A DNA stretch of 64,000 nt from Octopus sinensis (lineage: Eukaryota). The DNA lies in contig NC_042999.1 of assembly GCF_006345805.1 (NCBI RefSeq), forward strand, positions 137,950,001 through 138,014,000, read 5' to 3'. A program made the position numbers and the translations under genes. A model generated the notes under the pieces. That model was not told where the DNA came from. It worked only from the letters and a program-made list of their open reading frames with translations, and did not search any database. Positions 37,961-50,354 of this stretch are shown here, piece after piece (position 1 is the first letter of the stretch; each line of letters begins with the position of its first letter).

Positions 37961-39289
37961 AAAGTTAATATTATATCAACTATTTGTCGTGTAATGTGAA
38001 GAAGAACACTCACGAGGATGAGATTTAAAAGTGAAGTTGTTACTTTTTTAATGAGAACTAGATATTGTGTTGGCGCACATTCTAAATATTATAAAAAGAA
38101 GTAACATGAGAAATATTATTATAAAAGTATTGGAAATTAAAAACATAGATGGTAATAAATGGTGTTGCTCGGGTAATTGTTAGCGCAGTTAGTGTAATAT
38201 TAGATTCAATGTTTTCTGGATGAAGAAATAAAAGAATATAATTGGCGATAATTAGAAGAATTTCTATAGAAAATATAAAATTGGATTTGTTAGCATAAGG
38301 TAAATGGTAATAAGATAAGTTATATGCTGATATAATTGCCAAAATGTAATTTAATTGTAAGATATGTAAGCGTTGAGTTACTGATGGGTTTGATATACAT
38401 GTCTACGTCTAATGTACTTATATGAGAATGGTCACAGCTTACATGTATGCATGTGATTTGAGTCAATTAATATGTACTTATAGAATGAAGGTAGTATTTT
38501 TTAAACACAACCGAAGGTATATATTTAAGAAATAACGTGAATAAGGAGGAATAATTAGACTGTGGTAAAGGTTGGTGTCATAAAGTATAGAGGAAAACTA
38601 AACTTGATGTCATTTAAAGATGTAGAGTGATGTACATGATTCTGTCCACAGAAATATCTTAATTGAAAAATTTTCCCAGTTGGTCAAAGAAACCAAAAAT
38701 CTAACATGAATTGTTAGTAATTCTCACAGGAAAGAGGAAATGATTTCAAATATTTAAGGGATTTACAAAAAGGAGACAACGATGTTTCGACCAATTAGAA
38801 TAGCACGCTTGTTTTAGAGTTGTTGATAATTGCCCTTATGTTTCTCGGACTAAGAGGTAAATTTAATTAGTTAAATCTTGATAGCTATCAAAATAGGCAA
38901 CAAGGATATCCAGAGGTTATGCAGTACGATCGTTTCAAGCAACTCTATTTAATTTAACGATGCAATCATTACATCAATTGTATTGTTCAATTAAATGAAG
39001 TTGCTTGAAACGATCGTGCTGTATTACCTCTGATTATATACAATCAAATTACAGAATCAAGAATTTTTCATACTTGTCGTTTGTTTAAAATTATAAAATT
39101 GTAAGCTATTGCTTTATAGCCACTTATAAATTTTAAATTTATTTAGAAACAAATGTTTTACACAATAAAGGATGCAATAAAATAGAACAGAGATATTTGC
39201 TTTATTTTCTTTTGACTTATTTTCTTCAAATCTGTTTCAAGGTTACTTACTGTACAGCGCATTTTATTGCTCAAATTTTCATCAGTTAT

Positions 39290-39860
39290 TGAGCTTCTTT
39301 GGGCTTCGACGAAGGTCAACTCGCCAGCTTGTACCGACGGACATTCGGGCCAGGGCCTATGGACAATTCCCAGAACTCCCTGGCATGGCAGTGTTACAGA
39401 GGTGCTTTATTTGTTCGGGATAAGCTCTTTAGACATGGTTCTGCGCCTTCGTCGGCTTATCCAAGGTGCGGACAGGACAGTGAACCTGTTCTGCACACAA
39501 TTGTTCAATGTCCGAAGATTTCGGAACTCTGAGCTTATGTCGAACATCTGCTGTCACATCTAAGAAGACTACAACTGTCGTCCGAATCTATAATTAAGAT
39601 CGTTCCGCCGCCCTCCCTTAACAGGGAAGAGCAGACCTGTTTTCTCTCGGTAGTAGCTATTTCGAAAGAGGTAGTTTGGAAGACGAGAGTGAAAGGGATT
39701 GTGACGGGCATTTTTATCTCCAGCCTTGGGCTGGTTGACTTTTTCCTTTCCCATATGAAAAGAAAAATAAGGCTGGAGAAGAAATACCTATCGCACGGTG
39801 TGTTTTGGAAAAGATAGAAGTCTGTGGCGTGTTGAACGTGAAAGTACCCGTTTAAGTGAG
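39290..39860 (+). mobile_element. L1/Tx1-clade LINE 3' fragment (zf-RVT region)
   Basis: LAWQCYRGALFVRDKLFRHG...PRCGQDSEPVLHTIVQCP matches the zf-RVT C-terminus of Tx1-like ORF2. Confidence 0.75.
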
Positions 39861-40027
39861 AACACAAAAGGCAAAAATAAAGTCTTCAGTGTGAGAACGA
39901 GGTTTGTGGGGTCGCCCATGTCCTCCTCTTCACCTTTGTTTTAACATTCGATTTTTTACTTTGTTAATATAATTTTTGTAATTTTTAAAACCTTCATCCT
40001 TCACTGTCAACCCCATTCGATTCCTGA

Positions 40028-41790
40028 TCACCTGTCTGTCCTTGGTTTCGTCCTCTCTCTATTTAAATCTATATGGTTAATAAAGAAAAGAGTTATTGAG
40101 CTTCTTGTTTTATTTTTTGAAAACTTCATTTTTGAAAAACAAAAAAAACAAAAAAAAAAAACGTTTCGCATGTATGAGTGGAGCCAAAAGCACTCGAAAT
40201 TCTTTGAAGAAAGGTTCTCAAATTTAGGATATTTTTCAAATGTGATTAAATTTTTGTAAAAGTCATACTTTGAGGCTTTTTCGAAAAGAAGTTTAAGTTC
40301 CATATTACACTGCAATTCAATCATTTCCATTTGTAGATTTTCAGGAACAGTCTCAACATCGACATCAAAAGGAAAAGAAAAAAAATTCAAATTTTTAAAT
40401 GATTTTTTTTTCTTTAAATAAGTAACTTTTTAATTTCATCCGCGTATTCTGAAAAAATTCTCTTTTCACAAAAATTATTTAAAAATGTAAAATGTACAGA
40501 ATTGTTTTTTCTAAGTTGTACTTCAAACAACTCTAACTTTTTTGAAAGCATTTATGCAGTTGCGAACATCAATAATTAAATTATTTTTACCTTGTAGTTT
40601 CTTGTTTAGGAGATTCAATTCCTCTGTTAAGTCAACTAAAAAGCATAAATCAGATAACCATTAATCACTGCTTAATTCAGAGATGCATTTCTGTTTCTCA
40701 CTCATAAAAATATTTATTTCTTCTCTTAATTCAAAAAATCGTTTTAGACAAGAACCTTGTCTTAGCCATCTAACTTTAGTGAAATAGAATACATCACCAT
40801 ATTCGGAATCTATTTCCATGAGAAATTCCTTAAATTGTCTATGTTGAAGTGCCTGTGATTGAATGTAGTTTATTGTTTTTACAACATCCATAACATGACT
40901 CATGGATAACACTTTTGAACATAGATTCTGTTTATATATCAAACAGTGAACAACAAAAACATCATCGCTATGTTTTATTACAGACTCAACTTCTTTCATC
41001 AGTAATGTTACTGCACCGCTGTTTTTACAAACCATAGCAGGCGCTCCATCAGTTATACCTGAAAGTTTTTCCAAACTTAAGTTATTTTCTTTAAGACAAC
41101 TGCATTCTTCAAGCTTGCAAGACTTAGCATTTTCTCAGTAATTTGACACGACTCATTCATTTATTCCACGAGCAAATACAGCAAGTTGAGATATGTCAGG
41201 AATATCAGTGCTTTCATCAAAAACCAGAGCATAAAATTTGAAGTTTTGAATTTTTTTTTGTAGGCGCAGGAGTGGCTGTGTGGTAAGTAGCTTGCTTACC
41301 AACCACATGGTTCTGGGTTCAGTCCCACTGCGGGACACCTTGGGCAAGTGTCTTCTACTTGCCGACCAAAGCCTTGTGAGTGGATTTGGTAGACGGAAAC
41401 TGAAAGAAGCCTGTCGTATATATATATATGTGTTTTTATATATGTTTGTGTCTGTGTTTGTCCCCCCAACATCGCTTGAAAACCGATGCTGGTGTGTTTA
41501 CGTCCCCGTCACTTAGCGGCTCGGCAAGAGAGATCGATGGAATAAGTACTAGGCTTACAAAGAATAAGTCCTGGGGTCGATTTGCTCGACTAAAGGCGGT
41601 GCTCCAGCATGGCCGCAGTCAAATGACTGAAACAAATAAAAGAAGCATAACTGAATTTCATCTGAAATTTCATTAGTCTGACGTGACAAAGACACTTTTG
41701 AGAAAGGCTCACTTTTTTCTGGTAAAATGTCTTTTACAACAGCTGATAAACACTCTTTCTCAAGTTCACCGTCTGAAAATGGTTTCATTT
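40028..41790 (-). mobile_element. Degraded hAT transposase (Buster/SPIN/GTF2IRD2-like), interrupted by SINE A at 41263-41640
   Basis: KPFSDGE..KECL...VSLSRQT, ALVFDESTD, ITDGAPAMV, VHCLIY.QNLC, VRWL.QG.CLKRFFELREEI, PENLQMEMIEL motifs across frameshifts. Confidence 0.88.
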
Positions 41791-42750
41791 TTTTTTTTGC
41801 AAGTAAAAAGCAACTGAATAACTTGCTTGAACAATATTTGACGGTTGTTGAAACATTGAACTGAATATCGTTTGTTCATTTTTAAAGTCAGATTTGAATT
41901 TATTTAACTTCATTTTCCTTGCATCTTTACTGAACTGTGAGTATTTAAGAGGGACAGTTTTATAATGTTTTCTAACATTATATTCTTAAAAAAAACAGCA
42001 ATACTTTCTTTGTGGATGAGACAAATCAACTTTGAGTTTTGGCATATGAAAAAATATTCTTTTCCCCATTGACTGCTAAATTGTTTATTTTCCTCTTCTG
42101 TTTTCCCTCTTTCTTGAACTCATTAAATAAATATTAACAGAATTTGTTCAAAAACATTTAATAATCACTGTCAAGTAGTTGTTCCATCTATTTTCTAAAT
42201 TTTATTAGAGAACATAATGTTTAAATTTTCAAATTATAAAATATTAAAGTACACCAGTATATTATGTTAACCAGTACACCAGTATATTATATTATATTAA
42301 GACAACACTGTCTTAATACTTTGAATTATTTATTAAAAAGTTACATCAAAAAAGCAATGATTGTTAATACGAAAGTTTAAAAAACTATCTTTTAAAATAG
42401 AAAGCAAGTCTTACCTTAACATTTTTTTTAATGCTTTCAAACAAATTGATTTAAATAAATAATTAAAAAACAAAGACAATTAGCAAGGCTGCATGAAGCA
42501 CAAATAACTATAAAATATCATTTCAAACAGTTGTGGGTTAAATGCTATAATCTCTCTTTTACTGACAAAAACTTTTTACATTGGTCACTTTATACAGAAA
42601 AGTATGGTATGCAGTGAAAGCACTACTACTAGAGTTAGAATACTGTATGATAATGTGTATATTTTACTTACATTTGATATATAATACATATGCGCCGTCT
42701 TTCGAAGACTTATTTTAAAGTGTATACATAAAAGTGCATATATATAAAAG

Positions 42751-43626
42751 ACTAGCTTAAGGTGACCCGCTCTACGCGCGGGTAAGAGTGTGGTTGTTAC
42801 ATTCTGTTGCTTCCTTTCTGTTTTTTATCACCACATTCTTCCTCCTTGTTTCTCTCTCCTTTCTCTCTTACTTTCCCACTCTCTTACTCTTCCTTTCTCT
42901 CGGACTCTCTCTCGCTTTCTCTTACTCTCTATCTTTCTCTATCTCTCTCTCTCCCATTTATGAACAACAAAAGATCTTGGATATGTTGAGAAAGAAAATA
43001 TTTTGAAAGATCAATCATAAATATCAAGCAGTGACAACGGAAAGGTCTGCTTCAAGGCAGACAGCAAAACACTAACATTTAAAAGGGACAGACGAACTTG
43101 CGAGCTGAATAAAAAGAAAAATATTGGAAACCAAAGTTTGAAGGGATAGAATCTGAGGGTAGTAGAGTCGCCATGGCTGGCATTTCTTAACGACGGACAG
43201 CAACGTAGTGGCAGTTTAACGGCTGGCATAAAATTTTGAACTTGATGTAAAAGAAAATTCCTAAACACCAAGTTTTGAAGTGACTCATCATGGCAAGCAT
43301 TCAAAACTTCTTCATCATGGACGGCAACACATTGAAGATTTAAAGGCTGGCGCAAATTTTTTAGCTTGATGTAACAGAGAATTCCTAAACACCCGCTCCT
43401 GTAAATTTTAATCCCCTTCCAGCTCCATTTAGACCCCTTTTCACATTTTGGTTAATATAACCCGATTTCATTCGGGTCTACTCGGGTCACATTTTATAGG
43501 ATGAGGAATTTTGTCCTAGAGGTCACGCCTTTCATTTGAGGAAAACATAGTTGCCATGCAAACTCGTCAGCACTTTCAACATAGGTGTGCATATTTTCAG
43601 CTCAACCGACCACATAATTCACACAT

Positions 43627-43661
<35 letters not shown>

Positions 43662-43684
43662 TATATATGCACATATATACGCAT

Positions 43685-43754
<70 letters not shown>

Positions 43755-44340
43755 TGTACGCATTATATATACAAATGTATACAAATTATATATATTTATA
43801 TATATATATAAATACAGATATATACACTTTGTATATATACATTATATATACATATTTATATATAGAACACACACACATAGATATATAAATTAACTCAATA
43901 AATATCTGATTCATAATATTTGTTCTCACGATTGTGTGGTGGTGGTGGTGATAATAATTCTCTCTATGAATGCAGACAGATGTAGAGGGAGAGAGAGGAT
44001 GTGGAAGAAAGAGTGAAGGCGGTGGGGGAAAGATTGTAGACACTGTCAAACGACGTTATAGAGAGAAAGTGAAAGGAAGGGAGGAAGAGAGAGAGAGAGA
44101 GACGGAGGAAGACAGGCAGATAAGAGAATGAGAGAAGATTTGTCAAAGTGTGCGTTTTTTGCCCTATGAACCACACCTTTTAAGACAGGGATTTCTAACC
44201 GAGCCCACTCACATCCTCACCTCATTTTACATGTCCGTGTAAATTTTGGAGTCAATCCGACGGGATCTAGTGGCCTCTAACCCGTTCCAATGCCCAAACC
44301 AGACAAAGAAACAAACTTTTTGCATTTCAGATTTATAGAT
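42751..44340 (+). mobile_element. Helitron/Helentron-like non-autonomous element (Lep1/HINE-like ends)
   Basis: 5' ACTAGC..GACCCGC-loop-GCGGGT hairpin; internal (TA)/(TG)/(GA) microsatellites; 3' CAGACAAAGAAACAAACTTTTTGCATTT..ATAGAT end. Ends recognised from memory only. Confidence 0.45.
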
Positions 44341-44769
44341 ATTGATAGCAAAAATGATGTTCTTAACACTTGCAAACTATATACGCGTGCTACGAGAATA
44401 GAGCACTGCTGACAGAATTGAAAGCATTTTGCTTTCTCATGCTATTATTACAATAATGAATGAATGATCGTTGATTCAACATGAAATAATATCATTGCAA
44501 AAACAGTAGTATTTTTCTTTTTTTCTTTTTCAATAGAATCTTTAATGTTTGATAAACTTTAAAAAATGCTTGTTTAAATAAACCCATTTCAAGAAAGCAT
44601 CAATCGGGTCGATCGATAAAAGTCTGTGAGCTGCATGCGGCCTGCGAGCCTCTAGAAACGATAGCTAAGTCTCTTCTTAAATCTCACACCCTTTCGTCTG
44701 AAAATGATTTTGTAATTATAAACAAAAATGGATTGCAGATTCAGACTATCTGTATTTTAAAACTATCAT

Positions 44770-45331
44770 TAAAAAAAAAAAAGAATCGACAAAAAGCCGA
44801 AATTTCAGGATTTATGGAAGGGCGAGGTTAATGAAAAAGTTGTAAAAAATTTCAATATTGTTTTTAAATTGTTTCATTTTCGGTTTGAAATTAAAGAAAG
44901 TGGGGATCAAAATGGTGACCGCCAATTTCTTAAGTTTTTTTTTAAGGCGTATCTTATCGTTTTTAAATGCGTAGTGCAAAAGAGAAAAAAAGTTAGTCCA
45001 AATCGGTACTGAGTGGGGAGAGGGATTTCAAAAATTAATAAATTTCCATAATTCTTTTTTTCTTTCTTTTTTTTTTTAACTGAAAAGGCGTTTCCCATTG
45101 TTTTTAAGTGCATAGTGCAACAGAAAAAAAAATGACAAATCGGTCCGGAAGCGGTGTAGGGAGATAAATAAATTTTCCAAAAATTTTTTCAATGGACATT
45201 TCCTCCCATCATTTGCAATAAACATTTCCTCCCATCATTTGAAAAACAAAACTTGAAAATCTCCGTTAAAACCGAGAAAATCTAACTTATGTAGGTGTGC
45301 TATTCCCGGCAACGACGGAATACTCAGCAAG
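44770..45331 (+). mobile_element. Helitron-like 3' portion
   Basis: TATTCCCG-GCAA-CGACGGAATA hairpin followed by CTCAGCAAG|T, resembling the Helitron 3' hairpin plus CTAG; left boundary approximate. Confidence 0.5.
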
Positions 45332-45597
45332 TGTGTGTCTGTGTGTGTGTGTATTGTTAAATTTCTAGCTAGTCATTTTTTTTCTTTCTTGCCAAATAAA
45401 CTCACGCACTATATATTCCTTTTTCACTCGTTTATTATTGTTCTTATTTTATCCTATATCCATTGCCTGGAAATCTTTTGTCACACATCTGTGACCTCTT
45501 CAGTGACTCTTCCATCTACGTGTTTCCTCCTGTTCTCTTTAGTTCATTCTGTGTTTAGAGAATGAACTAAAGAGAACAAAAAACGACCAGAAATATG

Positions 45598-45643
<46 letters not shown>

Positions 45644-45661
45644 ATAATATATATATATATT

Positions 45662-46528
45662 GGTAAAACGGTAAGATAACAAAAGAAAGAAAGAGACCTC
45701 AATATTATGTAAATAGAGGAAATTTATCTATACAATAATATGTTACATTACTCGATAGTCAAGATAAAACTCTGAGTTTCAGATGCCGAAGTGGAAATCC
45801 ACAACACCATCTCTTCGGTTATCTGGCTATTTGAAAATGCTATGAAAAAATACCGTTATATAAAGGGAAATTACTGTGTTATAACTCTGCTTGCCTGCGT
45901 ACTTATACATCGCTCGCATTTTTCGTCATAAAAATTATATAAAAATACATAAAAAATATATAAAAATATATAAAAATATATAAAATCTTCTTGGGACATA
46001 ACATAGAAAGCATGTTCTATCTGTTTTCTTTAGGTGTCGATTATAACATACATTGGAAGATTTTGGCCAGATGTAAGCCCTATACCAACGGCAGCGGAAG
46101 GTGCGGTCTATGCGACATGGAGAGATGGCTTATCTGGAAAAGCAGCTTAGACCCTACTATTTGTCTACACACAAGGACAGAACTTTTCGGATCATGCCCA
46201 CATGTGACTAAATTTCTGTTACGTTTTTGGTCTCCTAAAGAAAACAGATAGAACATGCTTTCTATGTTATGTCCCAAGAAGATTTTATATATTTTTATAT
46301 ATTTTTATATATTTTTTATGTATTTTTATATAATTTTTATGACGAAAAATGCGAGCGATGTATAAGTACGCAGGCAAGCAGAGTTATAACACAGTAATTT
46401 CCCTTTATATAACGGTATTTTTTCATAGCGTTTTCAAATAGCCAGATAACCGAAGAGATGGTGTTGTGGATTTCCACTTCGGCATCTGAAACTCAGAGTT
46501 TTATCTTGACTATCGAGTAATGTAACAT

Positions 46529-46531
<3 letters not shown>
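45662..46531. mobile_element. Penelope-like element remnant: inverted pseudo-LTRs around a GIY-YIG C-terminal fragment
   Basis: Arms 45737-46034 and 46234-46531 (298 bp each, one mismatch seen). The 199-bp spacer encodes IHWKILARCKPYTNGSGRCGLCDMERWLI...RTELFGSCPH..KFLL, the PLE endonuclease C-terminus. (TA)n on both sides. Confidence 0.8.
46444..46506 (+). ncRNA. Hammerhead-like motif in pLTR (mirror copy 45762-45824 on -)
   Basis: AGATAA-CCGAAGA-GATG..CATC-T-GAAAC-TCAGA-GTT-TTATCT; stem I 6 bp; core has U4C and an extra U. Confidence 0.4.
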
Positions 46532-46573
<42 letters not shown>

Positions 46574-46674
46574 TAACATATATTTGCCAACTAAGCGTGG
46601 CGTCCTATACAAGACAGTCCGATTAGTATTTGTGTGGGGAGGTCATCGGTCCCATCTCTAGCCTTACGTAATAT

Positions 46675-46717
46675 ACACAGACTCGAGTTTCTAGTTTGTT
46701 ACCCGTCCTCAGCGTGT
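46675..46717 (-). ncRNA. Minimal type I hammerhead ribozyme motif
   Basis: ACACG-CTGAGGA-C-GGGT-AACAA-ACTA-GAAAC-TCGA-GTC-TGTGT: intact core, palindromic stem III loop, GUC site; stem II partly decayed. Confidence 0.55.
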
Positions 46718-46767
46718 GTTAATCACTAGCTAGCGATGTAAGCTCATTCCACTAGCAAATTACTATA

Positions 46768-46852
<85 letters not shown>

Positions 46853-47497
46853 TATATATATGTATGTATATATTGTTGTCAAGAATTTGTAAACACTTTA
46901 TGGAATAGTGGATCTCGAAGCAGATAAAGTTACAAATAATAGCGTATAAATATTGATAAAAAACTCTTGGATAGAAAAAGTTTATGACTTGAACCCACAT
47001 TTTCTATAAACATGACCGGCGTTCTACTGCTTGGACCAGAGAAATCCTTCGAATTCCTGGCGCCATTTTAGAAATGTTATTCTTACCAGCGAGAATTGTA
47101 AATATCTAACATACTATTTGTTGCTTTTTTTTCCTAAGGCGGTGAGCTGGCAGAATCGATAGCACACCGGGAAAAATGCTTAGCAGCATTTCGCTCGTCT
47201 TTACGTTCTGAGTTCAAACTCCGCTGAGGTGGAATTTGCCTTTCATCCTTTCGGCGTCGATAAATTAAGCGCCAGTGAAACACTGGGGTTGATGTAGTCG
47301 ACTTGTACCCTCCCCCAACATTTCAGACTTTGTGCCTTTAGTAGAAACGAATATTTGTAGCTTTTCTGCTTCAAGTTTCACCGTCCCGAAAAAGAATTAT
47401 TTCACGTTCTCTCGAAGTTTATAATTCTTATGACGCCAACGACTTTTCTATCGAAAGAGTGGTTTAACCTAATGTTTACAAGCTTTCTCTCTCTTTG

Positions 47498-47500
<3 letters not shown>

Positions 47501-47563
<63 letters not shown>
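47501..47563. repeat. (CA)n microsatellite
   Basis: Direct reading. Confidence 0.95.
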
Positions 47564-47566
<3 letters not shown>

Positions 47567-48912
47567 CCGTCGGTACAGAAGTGAGCTTGAGTAGGAACAC
47601 AGCTGGTTCCCCCTCCTCCCAGCACCTTTTATTTAACGGAAAACCAATTCATTCAGTTTTAAAAGTCTGAAGTCATTGAAAGTATAAAACTGACGTAATG
47701 TTTTCTGGTGAGAATACAACCGTTATTTGATCTCCTGGAGTATAATTTCATGTTAAGCTAGTGTTATTATTATCATCATTTGCATTTTTGTGTTGCCGTC
47801 ATTGAATGAAAAATGAACGAAAGAGTGAGTCGTTTATGTTTAATTCAAATATGATTTATTTTTTCTCTCTAATGTTAATCAAAAACTCTTGTTGAGCATG
47901 ATACTTTGCAGAATGTACTTTTATGTATAAAAGCGGCCGTTTATGTTAAAATAGAAATACTTTAGTTTAAAAAAAATCTACAAACGAACTAACAAAATGT
48001 GAATAATACCACAGACCCGGAACCTTGTTTTAGGTTTCATACTATTCTCTTAGATGTTAACGCGTGTATATGTGGGTGTATTGGGATAGAAAGAACAGAC
48101 GTGTAAATACGACAATAATTGACTCTAGCATATTTTTTTTCTGTTTCAGCTCTGCATTTCATCGTTACGTCACTATGAACGTCACACTAAACAGGATGAC
48201 TGTTGCTAATAAGTAATATTTTCTAAAGTTCGCGGGTGAAGAGAGCATTTTTTTTTAAATGCTGTGAAACTGATATGAAACCATTTCGCCAGAGATTTCT
48301 AGAACTAAGTTAAAAAGAAGAAAAGAAAGCAAAAATATATTATATAGCTGAATAAACTACAATTGTAAAAATACACATCCTAGTGGGTTTCCATATTTTG
48401 TCGAATGTCATCATCAAGCAGGCATTACAAGTACATGAACGCCCATTCACAAACGTTAAGAAAGGTGATTGACCTTTAAAAAGGTTGAAAGATTAAAAGT
48501 TTTCTCCTTTTAATGTATTCTGCCATGTAACGAAACTTTCGTCTGCCACACATACACACACACACGCACATACATACACACACACACGCACATACATACA
48601 CACATATGTATAAAGATACATACACATATGCACATATATGTACATATATGCACACACATACATACATTCATACACACACGTATTTATATATAGGCGCAGG
48701 CGTGGCTCTGTGGTAAGAGGTTTACTTCCCAACCACATGGTTCTGAGTTCAGTCCTACTGAACGAAAGTGTCTTTTGCAGTAGCCTCGGGTCGACCAATC
48801 CATTGCGTATGGATTTGATTGACGGAAACTGAAAGGAGCCCGTCGTGACGGCGTGTGTATCGTTGGCGATTTTCTTTCTTCGTCTTCCCTTCTTTGGACT
48901 TTTTCTATATCT

Positions 48913-48945
48913 CTGACGAAGAGCTCCGCTCGAAACGTGAAATCC
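48913..48945 (+). ncRNA. Minimal hammerhead-like motif in a non-autonomous repeat (~48880-49200)
   Basis: CTGACGA-A-GAGC-TCC-GCTC-GAAAC-GT; position 17 is G (non-cleavable) and stem I is imperfect. Confidence 0.45.
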
Positions 48946-49264
48946 TTTCTTTTCTTTCCCTTCCTGAGCGTCCAATAACACAGTACCTGTACAACGTCCT
49001 CGTGTTGTTGTTTTTCCTTGCTTGTTCTTATTTGGATTGACTATATATATATATATATATAAAATACAAAATGGGATAAGAACGCAAAACATCCTGACAG
49101 CAAGGTGATACAAAAAGGGACAACAAAACATCCAGATAGACAATACAAAGAAAACAAGGACGGGTCATTCGAAGTTTTCTTTCCTCAGTCAAGCACCAGA
49201 TTACGCATAATAACGAAATATTAGCGCCATGCAGTGTTTAGGCATAAGCAAAATTTAGGTTTTA

Positions 49265-49296
<32 letters not shown>

Positions 49297-49666
49297 CATA
49301 TATATATATATACATGGTTTAAGTGTGTGTGTATACGCGCGCCCTTTTTATGTGTGAGACTGTGTATATGAGTGTGTGTGTGAGACTTTGTGTGTAGGAG
49401 TGTGTGTGTGTGTATGTCTAGTTAGTGTTTATAAATTAGAGGCAGTGACCTCCAAAAATCTAATTTAGAAATGCTTACGCAACGAGGAATAAATTACATT
49501 AACATTTATCTTACCAATTGTTTTCCATTTGAATGGCGTCTGTAAATCATGATCCTCAGCGATTTATTATTTTAAAAGATATGCCAAATTTTCACACCTA
49601 CAGGTGGACAACAACGTGTGTCTGTGACTCTGTGTGTGTGGTGTGTGTATGTGTGTGTGTGACTGT

Positions 49667-49712
<46 letters not shown>

Positions 49713-49830
49713 CTATTTAGTGATCTCTTCATTGCTTCGGCCAGTATGGTGAGGCCTTTGCTTTATAATACTAAACAATGTCAGGACTTTCTTCCGGAAA
49801 TGATTCAAATATTATAAATAATTGAGTTAA

Positions 49831-50354
49831 CCTTTCGTGGGCCGGTGGGGCTGGAATTACACAAAGGCCATAGGAGTCCCCTTTTATTTTTGCGCATTTC
49901 CGCACTGCCCATAAAGTAATATTTGTTTATCATGTATATATGTGTGAGTGCATTATACAGAAGAAATTTAGCACTTCTTTTTATAGTTTTATAAACTATA
50001 CATATAGCACTAAATATAAAATAAAACAAAAAGAATAAAAGAAAAAAATTATATCGATTCATATCAGTACAAATACGAAGAAAATTGACTTATAGTTCAT
50101 CAGAATATCTGAAAAAAGAACAGACAAAAATAATTTCACAGAAGTCCGATGGAGTCCAGTTGAACCCAATGACCATATTTTATGCTGTAACATCCATATG
50201 ACAGGAAATTTTAAACTCAAAATTTGTATGAACATACATAAACTATTGACAATAAAAGTCATGAGATATAAAATCATTTAAATAAAAAATGTAAAAGTTG
50301 CTTAACTTTTAAAATTTGCTGGGGTCGCAAGGGACCCCGCCGGTTCACAAATGG
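49831..50354. mobile_element. piggyBac-type MITE
   Basis: TTAA|CCTTTCGTGGGCCGGTGGGG ... CCCCGCCGGTTCACAAATGG|TTAA; 20-bp imperfect TIRs with TTAA on both sides; 524 bp, no ORF. Confidence 0.75.

Noticed and set aside
38082-38342. 86-aa hydrophobic ORF considered as a NUMT or receptor fragment
   Set aside because: No convincing mitochondrial or receptor motif and no splice partners found; a BLASTx against mitochondrial proteins would settle it.
43011-43355. 114-aa minus-strand ORF
   Set aside because: Lies within the Helitron/HINE-like repeat and has no recognisable domain.
46945-47040. tRNA-like look on the - strand (GTCCAAGCAGTAGAAC...GGGTTCAAGTC)
   Set aside because: Has A/B-box echoes but no cloverleaf could be built; at most a decayed SINE head.
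48150-48211. Possible + strand exon (ttttctgtttcag ... AA|GTAAT)
   Set aside because: No recognisable peptide and no linked exons; such sites occur by chance in AT-rich DNA.
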